In this document: one piece after another, positions 8,261 to 17,567 of the stretch | How positions within the stretch are numbered: the first letter of the stretch is position 1 | How the letters are laid out: each line of letters begins with the position of its first letter | Assembly: GCA_023255625.1 (NCBI GenBank) | Contig: JAHFLF010000001.1 | Coordinates: 30,255-94,254 of the forward strand | Direction: 5' to 3' | Source of the DNA: Candidatus Harrisonbacteria bacterium | Lineage (GTDB): Bacteria; Patescibacteriota; Minisyncoccia; UBA6257; 1-14-0-10-44-23 | DNA: 64,000 nucleotides | Program-made: the position numbers and the translations under genes | Notes under the pieces: model-generated | What the model was told of the DNA's origin: nothing | Databases searched by the model: none | The model's input: only the letters and a program-made list of their open reading frames with translations

Positions 8261-10284
8261 AAAAGTTCCTTAAACACGCTCGCCGGGATGCGCACCGCAC
8301 TTTGCGTCCCGCGCTCCTCAAGTCGTTCCTTGCCGCGCGCCTGCTTTTTCCAGAGCTTCATTTTGCGCGTTCTGTCGCCGCCGTTTTTACCAAAATTACC
8401 CAGCTCTTTTGCTTCAGCCGGAATAGTTTCACGGGCAATCACGCGGCCGCGATGACTCGCCTGAATCGCCTGCTTAAACTGCAGTTTTGGCAGTAAATCC
8501 TTGAGCTTTGCGCAGGTGGCTCGTGCCTCGTGCTCAATTTCTGATTTCGGTAAAATGCGCGTGAGCCCGGGCACCACAGTTTCTGCCACCAAAATCTCCA
8601 TCTTATCAACATCGCCTTTTTCATAGCCCACGACTTCGTAGCTTAACGAACCATACCCCTGCGATACTGATTTTAGCTTGTCATCAAAGTCGGCGATCAA
8701 ATCAGAAAGTGGCAGCGCCGCCTTGATGAGCATCCTGCCGGAGGAGGCGGCACCAATAGTCTCTGTCGTGACGCCGGAAATACGATACAAATCTTTCAGC
8801 TGCAAAATCGGGCCAAGATACTGCATCGGCGTTAGAATTTCAATCCTGGTCATCGGCTCATACACCTGCAGCGGGTCATTTGGAAAATCTTTCGGATTCT
8901 TAATCCAAAACCAGCCATTTTCGCCATCAACCGGATCCAAGTTGTCGGTCTTCTCGTGCGAGCGTCCTTTGTCGCTGAACATTTGCACCTTATATGCCAC
9001 CGACGGAAAAGAACTCACGACCGGCACATCAAATTCTCTGTCCAGTCGCTCGGCCGCAATCTCAAAATGCAGCTTACCTAAAAATCCGCCCTTAAATCCG
9101 CGCCCTAACACTTCACTGGCATCCGGCTCAAAACGAATAGCCGAGTCAGAAAGGCGCAGTTTTGCCAGAGCCTTTTTAAATTCATCATAATCTTCGGGAT
9201 GTTCCGGGTAAAATGAAACAAAGACAACCGGCCGCGGCTCACGATATCCGGGTAGGGCTAATTCCAGTTGATCGGTTGCAGTCACTGCACGAACATCGCT
9301 GATCGTGTCGCCAATCTTCACCTGGCCTGGATCTTTAATACCGGTTGCGATGTAGCCCGTCTCACCATTTTTAATTGACTGCCCCGGAACTAGATTCGGC
9401 TTAAGGTAGCCGATGTCTTTTGTTTTCACCTCTGCACCCGTTGCCACCATGTGATAGGTCGTGTTGAGTTTAAACTCTCCGCTAAACACACGGATGTAGG
9501 CGATCACGCCGCGGTGTTCGTCGTACTGGGAATCAAAGATAAGGGCGCGCGCGGCTTCTCCCTTTCCTAAAGGGAGGGGACCGCTTGCGGTGAGGGATTT
9601 AGATTCAAAATCCCTCCCTCCTGCTGGAGTACTCCCTTTAGGAAAGGGAGAAGGGGGCGGGATGCGCTCAACAACAGCCACAAGAAGTTCGGGCACTCCT
9701 TCGCCGGTCTTGCCGGAAACTTTTAGAATTTCATTGGTTTCAATGCCAAGCAAAATACTGATCTCCTCCATCGCCTGCTCAACCTGTTCCGGGGTCGCCA
9801 CATCAACTTTGTTGACGGCGCCGATGATTGTGAGCCCGGCACGCTTTGCCATCTCATAGTTATACAAAGTCTGCGCCTGCACCCCCTGCGTTGCGTCCAC
9901 CAGCAAAATTGCTCCTTCAACGGCTGCGAGCGCCCGACTGACCTCGTAACCAAAATCGCTGTGACCGGGCGTATCTATCAAATTCAAGACATACTCGTCT
10001 GAATTTGATAACTTAGGACTTAGGACTAAGGACTTAGGACTTTCTGTTCCGTCTCCGTTCTTAGTTCTAAGTTCTAAGTTCTTAGTCGGCAAATGGTACA
10101 CCATCCGCACCGGTGTCATCTTAATCGTAATCCCCCGCTCCCGCTCCAAATCCATTGAATCCAAAAACTGCGCCTGCATGTTGCGCTTCTCAATCGTCTT
10201 AGTGATTTCCAGCATTCTATCGGCCAAGGTTGATTTCCCGTGGTCGATGTGCGCGGTGATGACAAAGTTGCGGATGTTCTGCAT
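8251..10284 (-). CDS. lepA: Elongation factor 4 (LepA), carrying two in-frame palindromic insertions
   Basis: N-terminus NIRNFVITAHIDHGKSTLADRMLE. Motifs DSMDLERERGITIK, LIDTPGH and the LepA C-terminal domain. 677 aa is longer than the typical ~600 aa because of two insertions. Confidence 0.9.
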   Translation of the reverse strand: MQNIRNFVITAHIDHGKSTLADRMLEITKTIEKRNMQAQFLDSMDLERERGITIKMTPVRMVYHLPTKNLELRTKNGDGTESPKSLVLSPKLSNSDEYVLNLIDTPGHSDFGYEVSRALAAVEGAILLVDATQGVQAQTLYNYEMAKRAGLTIIGAVNKVDVATPEQVEQAMEEISILLGIETNEILKVSGKTGEGVPELLVAVVERIPPPSPFPKGSTPAGGRDFESKSLTASGPLPLGKGEAARALIFDSQYDEHRGVIAYIRVFSGEFKLNTTYHMVATGAEVKTKDIGYLKPNLVPGQSIKNGETGYIATGIKDPGQVKIGDTISDVRAVTATDQLELALPGYREPRPVVFVSFYPEHPEDYDEFKKALAKLRLSDSAIRFEPDASEVLGRGFKGGFLGKLHFEIAAERLDREFDVPVVSSFPSVAYKVQMFSDKGRSHEKTDNLDPVDGENGWFWIKNPKDFPNDPLQVYEPMTRIEILTPMQYLGPILQLKDLYRISGVTTETIGAASSGRMLIKAALPLSDLIADFDDKLKSVSQGYGSLSYEVVGYEKGDVDKMEILVAETVVPGLTRILPKSEIEHEARATCAKLKDLLPKLQFKQAIQASHRGRVIARETIPAEAKELGNFGKNGGDRTRKMKLWKKQARGKERLEERGTQSAVRIPASVFKELLKK
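9556..9653. repeat. Nested perfect palindrome inserted in frame within lepA
   Basis: cttctccctttcctaaagggag ... gggatttagattcaaaatccc ... ctccctttaggaaagggagaag. Encodes a PFPKGSTPAGGRDFESKSLTASGPLPLGKGE-type insertion in a conserved LepA loop. Confidence 0.7.
10010..10090. repeat. Inverted arrays of 7-mer tandem repeats ([TTAGGAC]x4 ... [GTTCTAA]x4) inserted in frame within lepA
   Basis: Read from the sequence. Encodes an extra PKSLVLSPKLSNSDEY segment between the G1 and DTPGH motifs. Confidence 0.7.
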
Positions 10285-10317
10285 CTGGATACTCTACCTG
10301 AAAAAGCAGGAAACGAA

Positions 10318-10347
10318 CAGCGCGGCGGCCTTTCGGCCGCCGCGCAT
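10318..10347 (-). terminator. Hairpin CGCGGCGGCC-gaaa-GGCCGCCGCG downstream of hypothetical 10372..11124
   Basis: A 10-bp GC stem followed by a moderately T-rich tract. Confidence 0.4.
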
Positions 10348-10371
10348 CAACCAAAACAAATTTAATCGGCA

Positions 10372-11124
10372 CTATGGGATCGCCTTAATTTCCTCCATCT
10401 TTTTTGTAAATGCGTCTAACTCTTCCTTATCCTTTTCCATTCCATTCGTTGTACCCCAGAAAAAAGCTTCCGTGTCACCTCTCGGTGCAAGCAGAACGCG
10501 AACATCGTAGGGAAGATCCTTGAGAGATTCCGAATAAGCTTTTGCTAGTTCCTTGCCTTTTTCCAAACCCGCAAGCTTTTCCTGCGCTTTTTCTACTTTG
10601 AATTGTAATGCTCTGATTCGCTCTTGAACCATTGCGATTGCCTTCTCCTTTGGAATTTCTTGAAACGACGCCTCTTCAGATCCACTGATCAGTTTGTTGG
10701 TTATACTATTTTCGTGTCCGGGCAAACTACGGAAAGATTTCCCGTGACCTTGATATACAGCTCCGGGTATGCCCACGACCTCCTCTTTCAATACTTTCCC
10801 ATCTTTGTCACGAACGATTCCCTCCGCTATAGTCCCAGCCCTGTCCACCAATACCAAACCAACCCTGCCGTCACTAGTAATTTCTATCATATCCGGACTG
10901 ATACTCTTCATTTGCGCTTCGCGCTCCCTAGACAAATCCTCCATGCCGGGCCCAAAAGCCGGCTCAACGTTGTCCCATATTCGTTGTGCACGTAATGCGT
11001 CTCTTTTAGCGTCCGTCTCGTCAGAAACAGTCTCATACATTTTCGCGTCTTCAGCTTCCATCATCTTCCTTGCGTCATCTTCGGTATTGCCCGTCGGTTT
11101 CATCTTAAATTCCTCTGCACCCAT
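10372..11124 (-). CDS. hypothetical acidic protein (250 aa)
   Basis: Long ORF with coherent low-complexity charged composition, downstream of a strong G-tract promoter. No recognisable domain. Confidence 0.55.
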   Translation of the reverse strand: MGAEEFKMKPTGNTEDDARKMMEAEDAKMYETVSDETDAKRDALRAQRIWDNVEPAFGPGMEDLSREREAQMKSISPDMIEITSDGRVGLVLVDRAGTIAEGIVRDKDGKVLKEEVVGIPGAVYQGHGKSFRSLPGHENSITNKLISGSEEASFQEIPKEKAIAMVQERIRALQFKVEKAQEKLAGLEKGKELAKAYSESLKDLPYDVRVLLAPRGDTEAFFWGTTNGMEKDKEELDAFTKKMEEIKAIP

Positions 11125-11217
11125 AAAATTTATTTAGTTAAATTAATTTTTCTAATCCTTTTAATTCAACCTTTGGAAAGTTTTTAGGAGCTTATCAATC
11201 TCCGTAGACAATACTCC

Positions 11218-11252
11218 AAATAATACCCCCCCCAGCACGGTTTTGGCAAATA
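11218..11252 (-). promoter_or_regulatory. Promoter TTGCCA-N18 (contains G8 tract)-TATTAT upstream of hypothetical 10372..11124
   Basis: Minus-strand tatttgccaaaaccgtgctggggggggtattat. A near-identical copy lies at 61596..61628. Confidence 0.5.
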
Positions 11253-11281
11253 CCGGTTATCCACTTATTCAATTTACCATT

Positions 11282-11305
11282 TAACAATTTCGCGAAATTG
11301 TTAAA
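11282..11305. promoter_or_regulatory. Perfect 24-bp palindrome TTAACAATTTCGCGAAATTGTTAA (TTCGCGAA core as in the ArsR operator)
   Basis: Read from the sequence. Intergenic, ~160 nt upstream of the 10372..11124 start. Confidence 0.45.
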
Positions 11306-11359
11306 TGCCCTTATTCTCTATTTCTGCAGAATATTGGTATAAGCAATTTTGAAAAATTC

Positions 11360-11390
11360 AAACGGGGCGCGAGTACGCGCCCCGAAAAAA
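11360..11390 (-). terminator. Hairpin GGGGCGCG-agta-CGCGCCCC flanked by T/A runs (possible bidirectional intrinsic terminator downstream of the AbiEii gene)
   Basis: Read from the sequence; an 8-bp GC stem followed on the minus strand by a T-rich tract. Confidence 0.45.
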
Positions 11391-11409
11391 CAATTTCCGG
11401 TTTCTCGCA

Positions 11410-12063
11410 CTATCCGGCTATCTCCCCCTTCAATTTCTGCGCCTCCTCGCCAAAAAAATCTTTCCATACTCGTGGCTCAAGCGGAGCAATCAAGCGGGGA
11501 TAATCTTTCGCATCAGCAGCCCGCAAAAACTGACTCGCTAATTGAAGCGGGTCAACATGCCAGTCAAACTTTACCTTTGCCTGCTTAACTAAATCCGCAA
11601 TACTATAGTTTTTCTCCTTGCACAAACAATATAAATCAATATAATCCCGCGCCTTCACGCGCTGATAGATAGTAAATAATTTGTTGACTGCGATATCAAA
11701 CACGCTATCAATACTCACGCCATTTTTCTGCAATCCCTTTTCAATGCGGGCAAATGGGAAGAACGTAAATTCAGTTTTTAAAACCTCGCTGTCGGAAAAT
11801 TTCAGAAAATACAGATTCCGATTAAAGCTCTGCTGACTATCAACACTCGTAAATCCAAGTTTTGGCCGCATCTGCGCCAGCATCGCCTGTACCGCTGATG
11901 GATCAAACTCCTGCTCTGAAAAAAAATCTAAATCCTCGGAATAGCGATAGGGCAGATAAAATCCCGCGAGTGCCGTTCCGCCCGTCAGATAAAACTGCTT
12001 TGATAGGTTACTCGCACCAAAATACTCCAAAAATGCAGTTTGGCGCTTCGTGAGAATTTCCAT
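11410..12063 (-). CDS. AbiEii/AbiGii-family nucleotidyltransferase (type IV toxin-antitoxin toxin-like)
   Basis: 217 aa with FYLTGGTALAGFYLPYRYSEDLDFF, the characteristic GGTAL...RxSEDxDF nucleotidyltransferase signature of AbiEii (DUF1814). Confidence 0.65.
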   Translation of the reverse strand: MEILTKRQTAFLEYFGASNLSKQFYLTGGTALAGFYLPYRYSEDLDFFSEQEFDPSAVQAMLAQMRPKLGFTSVDSQQSFNRNLYFLKFSDSEVLKTEFTFFPFARIEKGLQKNGVSIDSVFDIAVNKLFTIYQRVKARDYIDLYCLCKEKNYSIADLVKQAKVKFDWHVDPLQLASQFLRAADAKDYPRLIAPLEPRVWKDFFGEEAQKLKGEIAG

Positions 12064-12065
12064 TT

Positions 12066-12344
12066 TTAGAGAGTAAACAAAATTTGGAGAGCGCGCCGTT
12101 TTGCCGGATCCAAGACGAGCTTGTCCCAGTATTTTCGCAAATCGGCAATACTCAACCTCTCCCCCTGCAAACCAAAATTAATCAGTTGTTCCAACCGAAA
12201 AATAGCGTATGCACTGGGGTTTTTCTTCAATTCGGTTGTGTCCGTTGACCAATTGTACATGTGTTTATTATACCATATTTTACCGTGATATGGAAGCGGC
12301 GGCGCATAAAGAACATCGAGCAACTTAATAAAACTAAAAAACAC
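12066..12344 (-). CDS. small hypothetical protein immediately upstream of the AbiEii gene (possible cognate antitoxin or partner)
   Basis: 92-aa ORF whose stop lies 2 nt before the AbiEii start. No recognisable wHTH. Assignment is by position only. Confidence 0.3.
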   Translation of the reverse strand: MFFSFIKLLDVLYAPPLPYHGKIWYNKHMYNWSTDTTELKKNPSAYAIFRLEQLINFGLQGERLSIADLRKYWDKLVLDPAKRRALQILFTL

Positions 12345-12642
12345 CGCTTGCGCAGTGCTCTTTAGCGATCCCGTCGGCGGAACTCCTAGTAGTTACTAGG
12401 TGGGTCGGCGCAGTAGTGCGACCAAGGCCGCACACGATTTGCCATCCCTTGAGAAATTTAATAGGAAATCTTAGGACGGGATCACTGTTAGTATACCACA
12501 CTAGCTGCCTACTGGCAGCATACCTGTGGATACTAACAGAATTTCTAATTTTCAATTACTAATTTCTAATGAAGATGGCGGGTCGCCCGATCTTTTCTCC
12601 ATCGGCGCTCAATCGGCGTAGTAATCCGCGCTTAATCTGCGA

Positions 12643-13200
12643 CTATTGCAAGATATGCACATCGTGCACCGTTGGATATGTGTGAAGCTCCGCCTTACTA
12701 AACCAGAGCGGAACCTCGTGCGCGGCATCTTTCGCATCTGAAGAGGCGTGGATCAAATTCTTCACAACAATCTTCATTGCATCAGCGTATGCATAGCTCA
12801 CATGGGCAAAATCCCCGCGAATCGTCCCTGGAGCAGCGGACTTCGGTTCAGTTGATCCAACAATCTTACGAACATTCTCAATCGCATTAACGCCCTCAAC
12901 GCACAAGGCAAGAACTGGACCAACTTGTAAAAAATCAACCAATGCGTTGCGAACATGCTCGCCACGGCGAATTGTAATATCTTCAGTGTAATGCTTACGA
13001 GCAAACTCACGGTCTGCAAAAAACATCTTCATACCGATAATCTTAAATCCGGCATCTTCAAAACGAGTAATAATTTTACCCATGATGCCGCGCTGCACCG
13101 CATCCGGCTTTAAAAGAATCAGCGTCCGCTCAATCGGAGACTTTGAGACCTGCGCCGCTGACTCAATTTTTGCATTAACCTTTTTTGCTGTTTTCGCCAT
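12643..13200 (-). CDS. ndk: nucleoside diphosphate kinase with N-terminal extension
   Basis: IERTLILLKPDAVQRGIMGKIITRFEDAGFKIIGMK matches the NDK core. Confidence 0.85.
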   Translation of the reverse strand: MAKTAKKVNAKIESAAQVSKSPIERTLILLKPDAVQRGIMGKIITRFEDAGFKIIGMKMFFADREFARKHYTEDITIRRGEHVRNALVDFLQVGPVLALCVEGVNAIENVRKIVGSTEPKSAAPGTIRGDFAHVSYAYADAMKIVVKNLIHASSDAKDAAHEVPLWFSKAELHTYPTVHDVHILQ

Positions 13201-13226
13201 AATGTTTAATATATTAAATTGCTATT

Positions 13227-14624
13227 TTACTTCTTAATCTGTTTCTCGTCCAGCTTCAAACCGAATTCACGCAGCCGCTCCGGTGAAATCAGTGTTGGCG
13301 CGTTCATCACTGATGGATGACCTTTGGCCGTCTGCGGGAAGGCCTGCACCTCGCGCAGGTACTGCTCGCCGGTCAGGATCATGATCATGCGCTCCACGCC
13401 TGAGCCAATACCTCCGTGCGGCGGCGCGCCGAAACTAAAGGCTTCGAGCATGTGACCAAACTCTTTTTGAATCTGCTCCTCGCCGTAACCCATCGTTTTG
13501 AAAGTGGCCTTAAGCACGTCCGGACGATGCGCGCGGATACTGCCGCCACCAACCTCAAAACCGTTACAGACTAAATCGTACTGCTGCGTCGTGATCTCTT
13601 CGATATGCTCGCCTTTCAAATGCCACTCTAGGTGTTCCGGTGCGGGCATCGAGAACGGGTTGTGCGTGAAAGTCCAGTTGCCCTCTTTGTCTTTCTCAAA
13701 GAACGGAAAGTCGGTAACCCAGGCAAAGGCCAAAACGCCAGCGGCTTTTTCCGCTTCGCTGCGCATATCAAATTTATCAGCACCATATTTCGCCACCGCC
13801 TCCTTGAAAGTGAAATGTGGAAATGGCTTTTGCTTGATAGTCTTGCCCATCGCTTCGACAACCGTGATCATCAGTCCCTCGACAAGTTGCATCACCTCTT
13901 CACGCGTCACAAAGCTCATCTCGATATCCACCTGCGTATGTTCAAAACCGCGGTCGGCACGCAGATCTTCGTCGCGGAAACAGCGCGCGATCTGAAAATA
14001 CCGCTCAAAACCGGCTACCTGAAGCAGCTGTTTGTACTGCTGCGGACTTTGCGGAAGTGCAAAAAACTGTCCGGGATACATGCGGGACGGCACAACGAAG
14101 TCGCGCGATCCCTCTGGCGTCGTGCTCGTAAGATATGGCGTTTCAATTTCGGTGAACCCCTGCGCAAACAGATACTCACGCACTCGTTGCACATATTCGC
14201 TACGAATCTGAATATTTTTATGCACGCGCGGACGGCGCAGGTCAAGATAACGATATTTCAAACGGTTTTCTTCCCCAATGTCGTGGCCGTCGGTATCAAT
14301 GGGAAACGGCGGAGTCTGCGCCTCGTTTAACACCTCTAACTCTGCAACACCAAGCTCAACAGTGCCGGTCGGAATGTCTTTGTTGATCATTCCCTCTGGC
14401 CGCCCCTTGACCTCGCCCTTCACACGAATGACCCACTCCGGACGCAATTTGCCCGCAGTCTCATACGCGGCACTCTTAGGCGTTACCACCATTTGAATAA
14501 TCCCGCCGCGGTCGCGTAGATCCAAAAAAATCAGCTTACCGTGGTCGCGACGGTTTGCCACCCAGCCGGCTAATTCTACTGTCTCACCAATTTTAGAAAC
14601 TGTTTCAGTTGTAAGAATACGCAT
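13227..14624 (-). CDS. aspS: aspartate--tRNA ligase (short form, class II)
   Basis: Motif 2 FQIARCFRDEDLRADRGFEHTQVDIEMSF and motif 3 GAPPHGGIGSGVERMIMIL. N-terminal OB fold GWVANRRDHGKLIFLDLRDRGGIIQ. Confidence 0.8.
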   Translation of the reverse strand: MRILTTETVSKIGETVELAGWVANRRDHGKLIFLDLRDRGGIIQMVVTPKSAAYETAGKLRPEWVIRVKGEVKGRPEGMINKDIPTGTVELGVAELEVLNEAQTPPFPIDTDGHDIGEENRLKYRYLDLRRPRVHKNIQIRSEYVQRVREYLFAQGFTEIETPYLTSTTPEGSRDFVVPSRMYPGQFFALPQSPQQYKQLLQVAGFERYFQIARCFRDEDLRADRGFEHTQVDIEMSFVTREEVMQLVEGLMITVVEAMGKTIKQKPFPHFTFKEAVAKYGADKFDMRSEAEKAAGVLAFAWVTDFPFFEKDKEGNWTFTHNPFSMPAPEHLEWHLKGEHIEEITTQQYDLVCNGFEVGGGSIRAHRPDVLKATFKTMGYGEEQIQKEFGHMLEAFSFGAPPHGGIGSGVERMIMILTGEQYLREVQAFPQTAKGHPSVMNAPTLISPERLREFGLKLDEKQIKK

Positions 14625-14655
14625 AAATTGAAATAAGAAAGATTAAATAGAGATG

Positions 14656-14928
14656 CTAGGATGCCTGATCATTATTCTCTGGATCATTAACAGAGATGCC
14701 GCGCTGAGCGCGCATGCTATCCAGTATCTCTCTATCTTCAGGCGAAAGATCCGCAACCCGCTTTGGTGTCGCTAACGTTTTTTTAAGGCGACTGGCGACA
14801 TCAAAAACGCTGCCGACTACACCGCCAAGCACTTTCTTGCCGCCTTCAAGGGCCTTGTCAGCCTTTTCTTTCGCAGCATCCTCGTTGAGCGTCAAATCAG
14901 GATGAAAATATTTCTCTAAAAATCCCAT
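14656..14928 (-). CDS. small hypothetical protein (90 aa)
   Basis: ORF track only; no motifs. Confidence 0.35.
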   Translation of the reverse strand: MGFLEKYFHPDLTLNEDAAKEKADKALEGGKKVLGGVVGSVFDVASRLKKTLATPKRVADLSPEDREILDSMRAQRGISVNDPENNDQAS

Positions 14929-14956
14929 GGATTCAACTATATCACGCAGATTACGC

Positions 14957-15856
14957 TTACTGCAAATGAAAAACTTGCAGCGTATTTGCCGTCGGAATTA
15001 CCTCAATAATCCCGTCTTGATCGGCTCGCGTAATTTTTTGCGCAAATTTCCCTAACCGCTGGAGCGCCGACTGCGTCGGATGACCATACGTATTTTTACC
15101 AACCTCAATTGCGGCTAAGGCCGGCGTAACCTCGGCTAAGAAATTCTCGCCCGACGAAAATCGCGAACCGTGATGCCCCACCTTCAGCACATCAACATCA
15201 AGATTATATTTTTTAACAAGCTCCTCCTCCACATTCATGCCGATATCGCCGGTATACAGCGCCTTGATCTGCGGCGAATCCAAGAGCACGACGACGCAGG
15301 TGTCATTGAGCTCGCCACTCACAATATCCTGTTTTGAGGGGCCGATAATTTTTAGCGTCGCGTCCCCAATTTTAATCGCGTCTCCTTCAGTTGCCTGAAT
15401 ATATGGCACTGAATGCTGCTTCAACTGCTTAATAAGCTCTGGATATTCAGCAATTGGAGCTTTCCGCCCATTGCCGATGAACGCGCCAACCTCATATTTC
15501 TTTAAGAGATCAATAAACCCGCCAAAATGATCCAGCTGGGGATGCGTCATAACGAGCAGATCAATATACCGATCTTGCGGCGGTAAAATTTTTTCCAAAT
15601 TTGCCAGCAACTTTTTCCCGTCCGGCCCGCCGTCAATAACAACATGCACTCCGCCTGGAAGTTCAATCAGCGAGCTGTCGCCCTGACCAATATTTAAAAA
15701 ATAAAGTTTTGGAACCGTACTGGCGATAGCTGCGTGACCGGAAAATAACCACAGCCATAATACGGCGTCGGCAATCACCGCGACAACGAGACCGAGCATG
15801 ATAACGCTAGTTTTCTTTTCGTGAAAAATCATAATGCGGCTTTTTTCCTCCTCCAT
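14957..15856 (-). CDS. comEC: ComEC/Rec2 C-terminal metallo-beta-lactamase domain protein
   Basis: LYFLNIGQGDSSLIELPGGVHVVIDGGPDG ... LLVMTHPQLDHFGGF ... VGHHGSRFSS is the MBL fold of ComEC. It overlaps the upstream ComEC membrane ORF by 28 nt in another frame. Confidence 0.75.
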   Translation of the reverse strand: MEEEKSRIMIFHEKKTSVIMLGLVVAVIADAVLWLWLFSGHAAIASTVPKLYFLNIGQGDSSLIELPGGVHVVIDGGPDGKKLLANLEKILPPQDRYIDLLVMTHPQLDHFGGFIDLLKKYEVGAFIGNGRKAPIAEYPELIKQLKQHSVPYIQATEGDAIKIGDATLKIIGPSKQDIVSGELNDTCVVVLLDSPQIKALYTGDIGMNVEEELVKKYNLDVDVLKVGHHGSRFSSGENFLAEVTPALAAIEVGKNTYGHPTQSALQRLGKFAQKITRADQDGIIEVIPTANTLQVFHLQ

Positions 15857-17463
15857 AGTATAAACCCGGTAAGCGCACCGTAGTAGATAAGCGCCAGAAC
15901 AACCGAAAAATTTTCAGTTGTAAAACCAAAATTGATTTTAGAAAAAATGTTGATAACGCCAAGCTCGTAACCCAAAAAAATCCGCGCCGGTAGTGCGGTA
16001 AAAAATGCCACATGTGATCCAAGCAGACTCGCGCCAAGAACAATGACGCCGAGCACCATCGTCGCCGGGATGAAACTAAGCAGTAAAACATTGGTCAGGA
16101 TACTGATTGGGGTGATAAAACCAAAATTCATCATCAGAATCGGCAAAACTGCAATCTGCGCAGAGAAAGTAGTGATTAGATTCTCGCGCCATTTCAGCAC
16201 GCCTGGCTTTTTCTTTAAATCAAGACGCAGGAGCGCAGCCAGCGCCGGTGCGACATAGACAATGCCAATGAGTGCGGCGAAAGAAAGCTGAAAACCAATA
16301 TCAAAGGCGAGCAGACGCGGATTGATAAGAATCATCAGTAGCGCCGTAAACACAATGGCATTACGGGCAACATAGACGCGCTCTGATCGCTCGGCAACAA
16401 CCATAATCGTCGCCATAATCGCGGCGCGCACCACCGAGGCCTCGGCACCGGTCATGAGCACAAATGCGATAACCGCAGCGATTGAAAACCAGAGAGCTCG
16501 CTTGCGGAGCAAAAAGAAGCCGAAAAGCGCCGTAAACCAGTTAAGCACCGTGGAGATGTTGTAGCCCGAAAGCGCAACCAAGTGCGTCGTGCCGGTTATT
16601 TTTAATTTCTCGCTAAACTCTTTTGAAAATCCGCTGCTTTTGCCAATCACGAGTCCGGTCATGAGCGTCGCCTGTTCGCCCGGCAAGATTTGCTCAAAAG
16701 TATGCCGGACATAATCCCGAGCTTTATATAATACTGCAAAAAACCGCGAACCCTGGTCATGCGCGGTTATTTCTAATTTTTTAGGAAACGACATCACCGC
16801 GCCAATGCCTTCTTTGGCGTAATAGCCAGAACTCGGACCCTCAATCGGCTTAAGTACGCCGGAAACCGAAACAACATCGCCATATTTTAATTCCGGAAAC
16901 GGTTTTGCGTACAGCCGAAAAGTACTACTTAACAATTCGTCAGAATTGTTAAGTGAAGAAATCTTGATATCCACCTGTTGCCCGCTATCAATTTGTGAAA
17001 CGCGCTTAACCATTCCCGTCAGCTCAATCTGCTGGCCAATAGGCGCGGTAAACTGCCCGGCAAGGTGCTGGTCGTAAAAAACATAATACGAGCCGCCAAG
17101 TGCCGCGGCGAAGATAAGCAGTGCCGCGGTTTTTTTCAGGTTCGGGCGGCGAGGATTACTTTTGCCACTTTGCCCCGCTTTCTGGGCGGAGTCTTGTCGC
17201 ACAAATTTACTAGACCCTGCGGGTATTACTAAATTTGCTTGACTGCGATCCGCCTCAGAATTCGTGCCAGATTGCCTTAAAGTATCCTCGCCGCCCGAAC
17301 CGAGCAAAAACAAAAAAACCGACCCCAATCCGCAAACTAACCAACTCGCCAACAACCAATTCCCAGTACCGCCCAACGCGCCCGCCTCGGCGGGTAAACT
17401 AGCACACAGCACCCCCACCAGAAACAAGCTCATCGCCCAGAATGCCGCATTGTAAAATTTCAT
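15829..17463 (-). CDS. comEC: ComEC/Rec2 competence membrane channel domain protein (N-terminal and competence domains)
   Basis: 544 aa, multi-TM, with LVALSGYNISTV...RAAIMATIMVVAERSERV competence-domain motifs. Confidence 0.75.
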   Translation of the reverse strand: MKFYNAAFWAMSLFLVGVLCASLPAEAGALGGTGNWLLASWLVCGLGSVFLFLLGSGGEDTLRQSGTNSEADRSQANLVIPAGSSKFVRQDSAQKAGQSGKSNPRRPNLKKTAALLIFAAALGGSYYVFYDQHLAGQFTAPIGQQIELTGMVKRVSQIDSGQQVDIKISSLNNSDELLSSTFRLYAKPFPELKYGDVVSVSGVLKPIEGPSSGYYAKEGIGAVMSFPKKLEITAHDQGSRFFAVLYKARDYVRHTFEQILPGEQATLMTGLVIGKSSGFSKEFSEKLKITGTTHLVALSGYNISTVLNWFTALFGFFLLRKRALWFSIAAVIAFVLMTGAEASVVRAAIMATIMVVAERSERVYVARNAIVFTALLMILINPRLLAFDIGFQLSFAALIGIVYVAPALAALLRLDLKKKPGVLKWRENLITTFSAQIAVLPILMMNFGFITPISILTNVLLLSFIPATMVLGVIVLGASLLGSHVAFFTALPARIFLGYELGVINIFSKINFGFTTENFSVVLALIYYGALTGFILWRRKKAAL

Positions 17464-17567
17464 AGGAATTCCCTAGCGCGTAAATAATCCACGGATACGA
17501 AGTCCGACAACGCTAAGCACTCGCGCAAGCATTAATTTATACAACCGAAATTTGAAGAGTATTCTAC

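Noticed and set aside
12345-12640. tmRNA / SRP RNA / RNase P RNA in the structured region near the AbiEii locus
   Set aside because: It lacks the tRNA-like ends and tag ORF of tmRNA, the SRP domain IV GGAA loop motif, and RNase P universally conserved blocks. It is left as an unclassified structured region.
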